A stretch of 64,000 nt of DNA, taken from NCBI GenBank assembly GCA_964247055.1, contig OZ176052.1:930001-994000 (forward strand). Direction: 5' to 3'. Below the pieces are notes generated by a model, which saw nothing but the letters and a program-made list of their open reading frames with translations, did not search any database and had not been told where the DNA came from. The position numbers were made by a program, and so were the translations under genes. Positions 62,464 through 64,000 of this stretch are shown here, one piece after another. Every line of letters begins with the position of its first letter. Position 1 is the first letter of the stretch. The DNA is from Paragordius varius. Taxonomy: Eukaryota > Animalia > Nematomorpha.

Positions 62464-64000
62464 TTCAAAATATTTTGTAATGCATAGACAACAACTATGA
62501 ACTGATTTTTTTCTAAATGTGGTTAGATATATCATTTATGGTTAAAAATAAATTTATATGGATATTTGATAATGATTTATGATGAAAATAAGGTTCATTT
62601 CATTCCATTTCAAATTATAATTTTTTATTTCGTTAAATAGTTTATAGTTATAACGTATATTGATATCGACCCTAGTGTCGATGTATAGTTGTGTGTTCAC
62701 TTTAATATACTCTATTTTTAATCATCCACAAATGACCAAGTTAAAAATTACTCAGGGTATATTAATATTGAGTTGAATTCATTAAATTCATATATTTATT
62801 TAAAGAAGATAATCTATATTTAGTCAAATCTTTCCCGTTTTTGTACGGCATTTTTAATTTATTTACCTATTTTTGTAGGAAAAAAACCTTTGTAAACTTT
62901 ATTTGGCGATATTTGATCCCTCAAAAATTGATAAAAATTTAAAATATCTAAAGAAAATACAATTTTTAGCCAAAGTAGCTCTTTAACTGATTTTTTCCCT
63001 ATATTATAATGTCTAAAACTTTTTTGAATGGCTTGTTCAAAATCTTTGACATTTTTATGCCGACCAATAACAGTTAACAAAATTAATTTAAAGAGACTTT
63101 TATTGATTATTTATGCGCGCAAAAAATGACTGTATTTATATGAATGTTTTTTGCATTCCGGAAAACGATAGATCCTAGAAAATTTATTATTTGTTTATAA
63201 TTGAGTCCATATTGGGGCCATTTTTCTAAATTAGTCCCTCTGTTTAGCCGAACCTTCCATCTGCCGTAAAATCACGTTTGCCAAAAACCAAGTTTCAAAA
63301 ATAATTATTAACCAGTTTTTGGAAAACGTATGATACATTATAAATTGAGGCTTTTTTGAAATTCGCCCTTCTCTAGAATTTTCCACGGAACGTAAAGAGT
63401 TAAAATTCTATCACAGCCTAATCAGCCTCCTTCAATTTGTCGATTACGGCCAGAGGAGTTTTGATATAGCCAGGTAATTAATCACACCCCTTGCAAACTA
63501 ATATATTTGAGCACAACTCTATTGACCATCAAAAAATAAAAAAAACTCTCCCACTCGTTAATCAAACAAGAATAAAAATCCTAGACGTGTTAAAACATTG
63601 TTCTACTTAAGAAATGACTTTTTTTGAAAGGTTCTCTCGCTTTTAGACTGATTCTCCATATCACTAGTATTTAAAATGTAAAATATTGGCTAAGAATTTT
63701 TCCGCGCATAAGCTTATCCATATCCAATTATTCATTTATGAATGCCATAAACACAGTCGAGTCACATTTTTGAGCCCCACTTTAAATAAATATTGTGCGT
63801 TAATATAAAATTATAAGAAATCCAGGTATATTGGTATAATAAATTGAGTTATAAGCCAGGGGGTAGTCAACACAAATATCTTTGCGGCTGCTTAGATAAT
63901 TTTTGATTTTTTATTTATTTGGTTGATAAATGATCGTAAATATTGTTTGCAATCCAACTTTTTATTTTTTTAACATTTTTTGGACCACTTTTGCGTACCG

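Noticed and set aside
1-64000. tRNA, rRNA, snRNA, SL RNA, telomeric repeats, bacterial or viral genes
   Set aside because: None recognised by eye. A covariance-model scan (tRNAscan-SE, Rfam) would be needed to exclude divergent ncRNAs.

Overview
Very AT-rich eukaryotic DNA, almost certainly animal (animal-type PMVK, ARHGAP21/23-like and TMEM121-like genes, GT-AG introns, mariner/hAT/Helitron/piggyBac-type elements). No prokaryotic features, CRISPR arrays, rRNA or tRNA were recognised, and the taxon cannot be fixed from this window. Seven protein-coding genes were reconstructed by hand. Five sit in an alternating-strand cluster at 8.3-24.3 kb: TMEM121-like (-), CEPT1/CHPT1 (+), NF-YC (-), PMVK (+) and an ARHGAP21/23-like RhoGAP (-). 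A BED-zinc-finger gene (+) lies at 44.4-49.6 kb and an orphan secreted 917-aa protein (+) at 59.7-62.5 kb. The most unusual signal is the NF-YC/PMVK pair, largely invisible in the ORF track. Their start codons are only 38 nt apart, head-to-head. Reading-frame continuity requires three ultra-short GT-AG introns (26, 26 and 22 nt), in genes that also carry 67-471-nt introns. The first coding exon of NF-YC holds four CCAAT boxes directly upstream of PMVK. The interval 27-41 kb is a transposon pile-up: a piggyBac-type MITE nest with a TTAA-bounded inversion, a near-intact Buster-type hAT element, two back-to-back Helitrons (one carrying a ~160-bp satellite) and a decayed mariner. Many MITE families are scattered throughout. 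Protein family assignments rest on remembered motifs, not on database searches.
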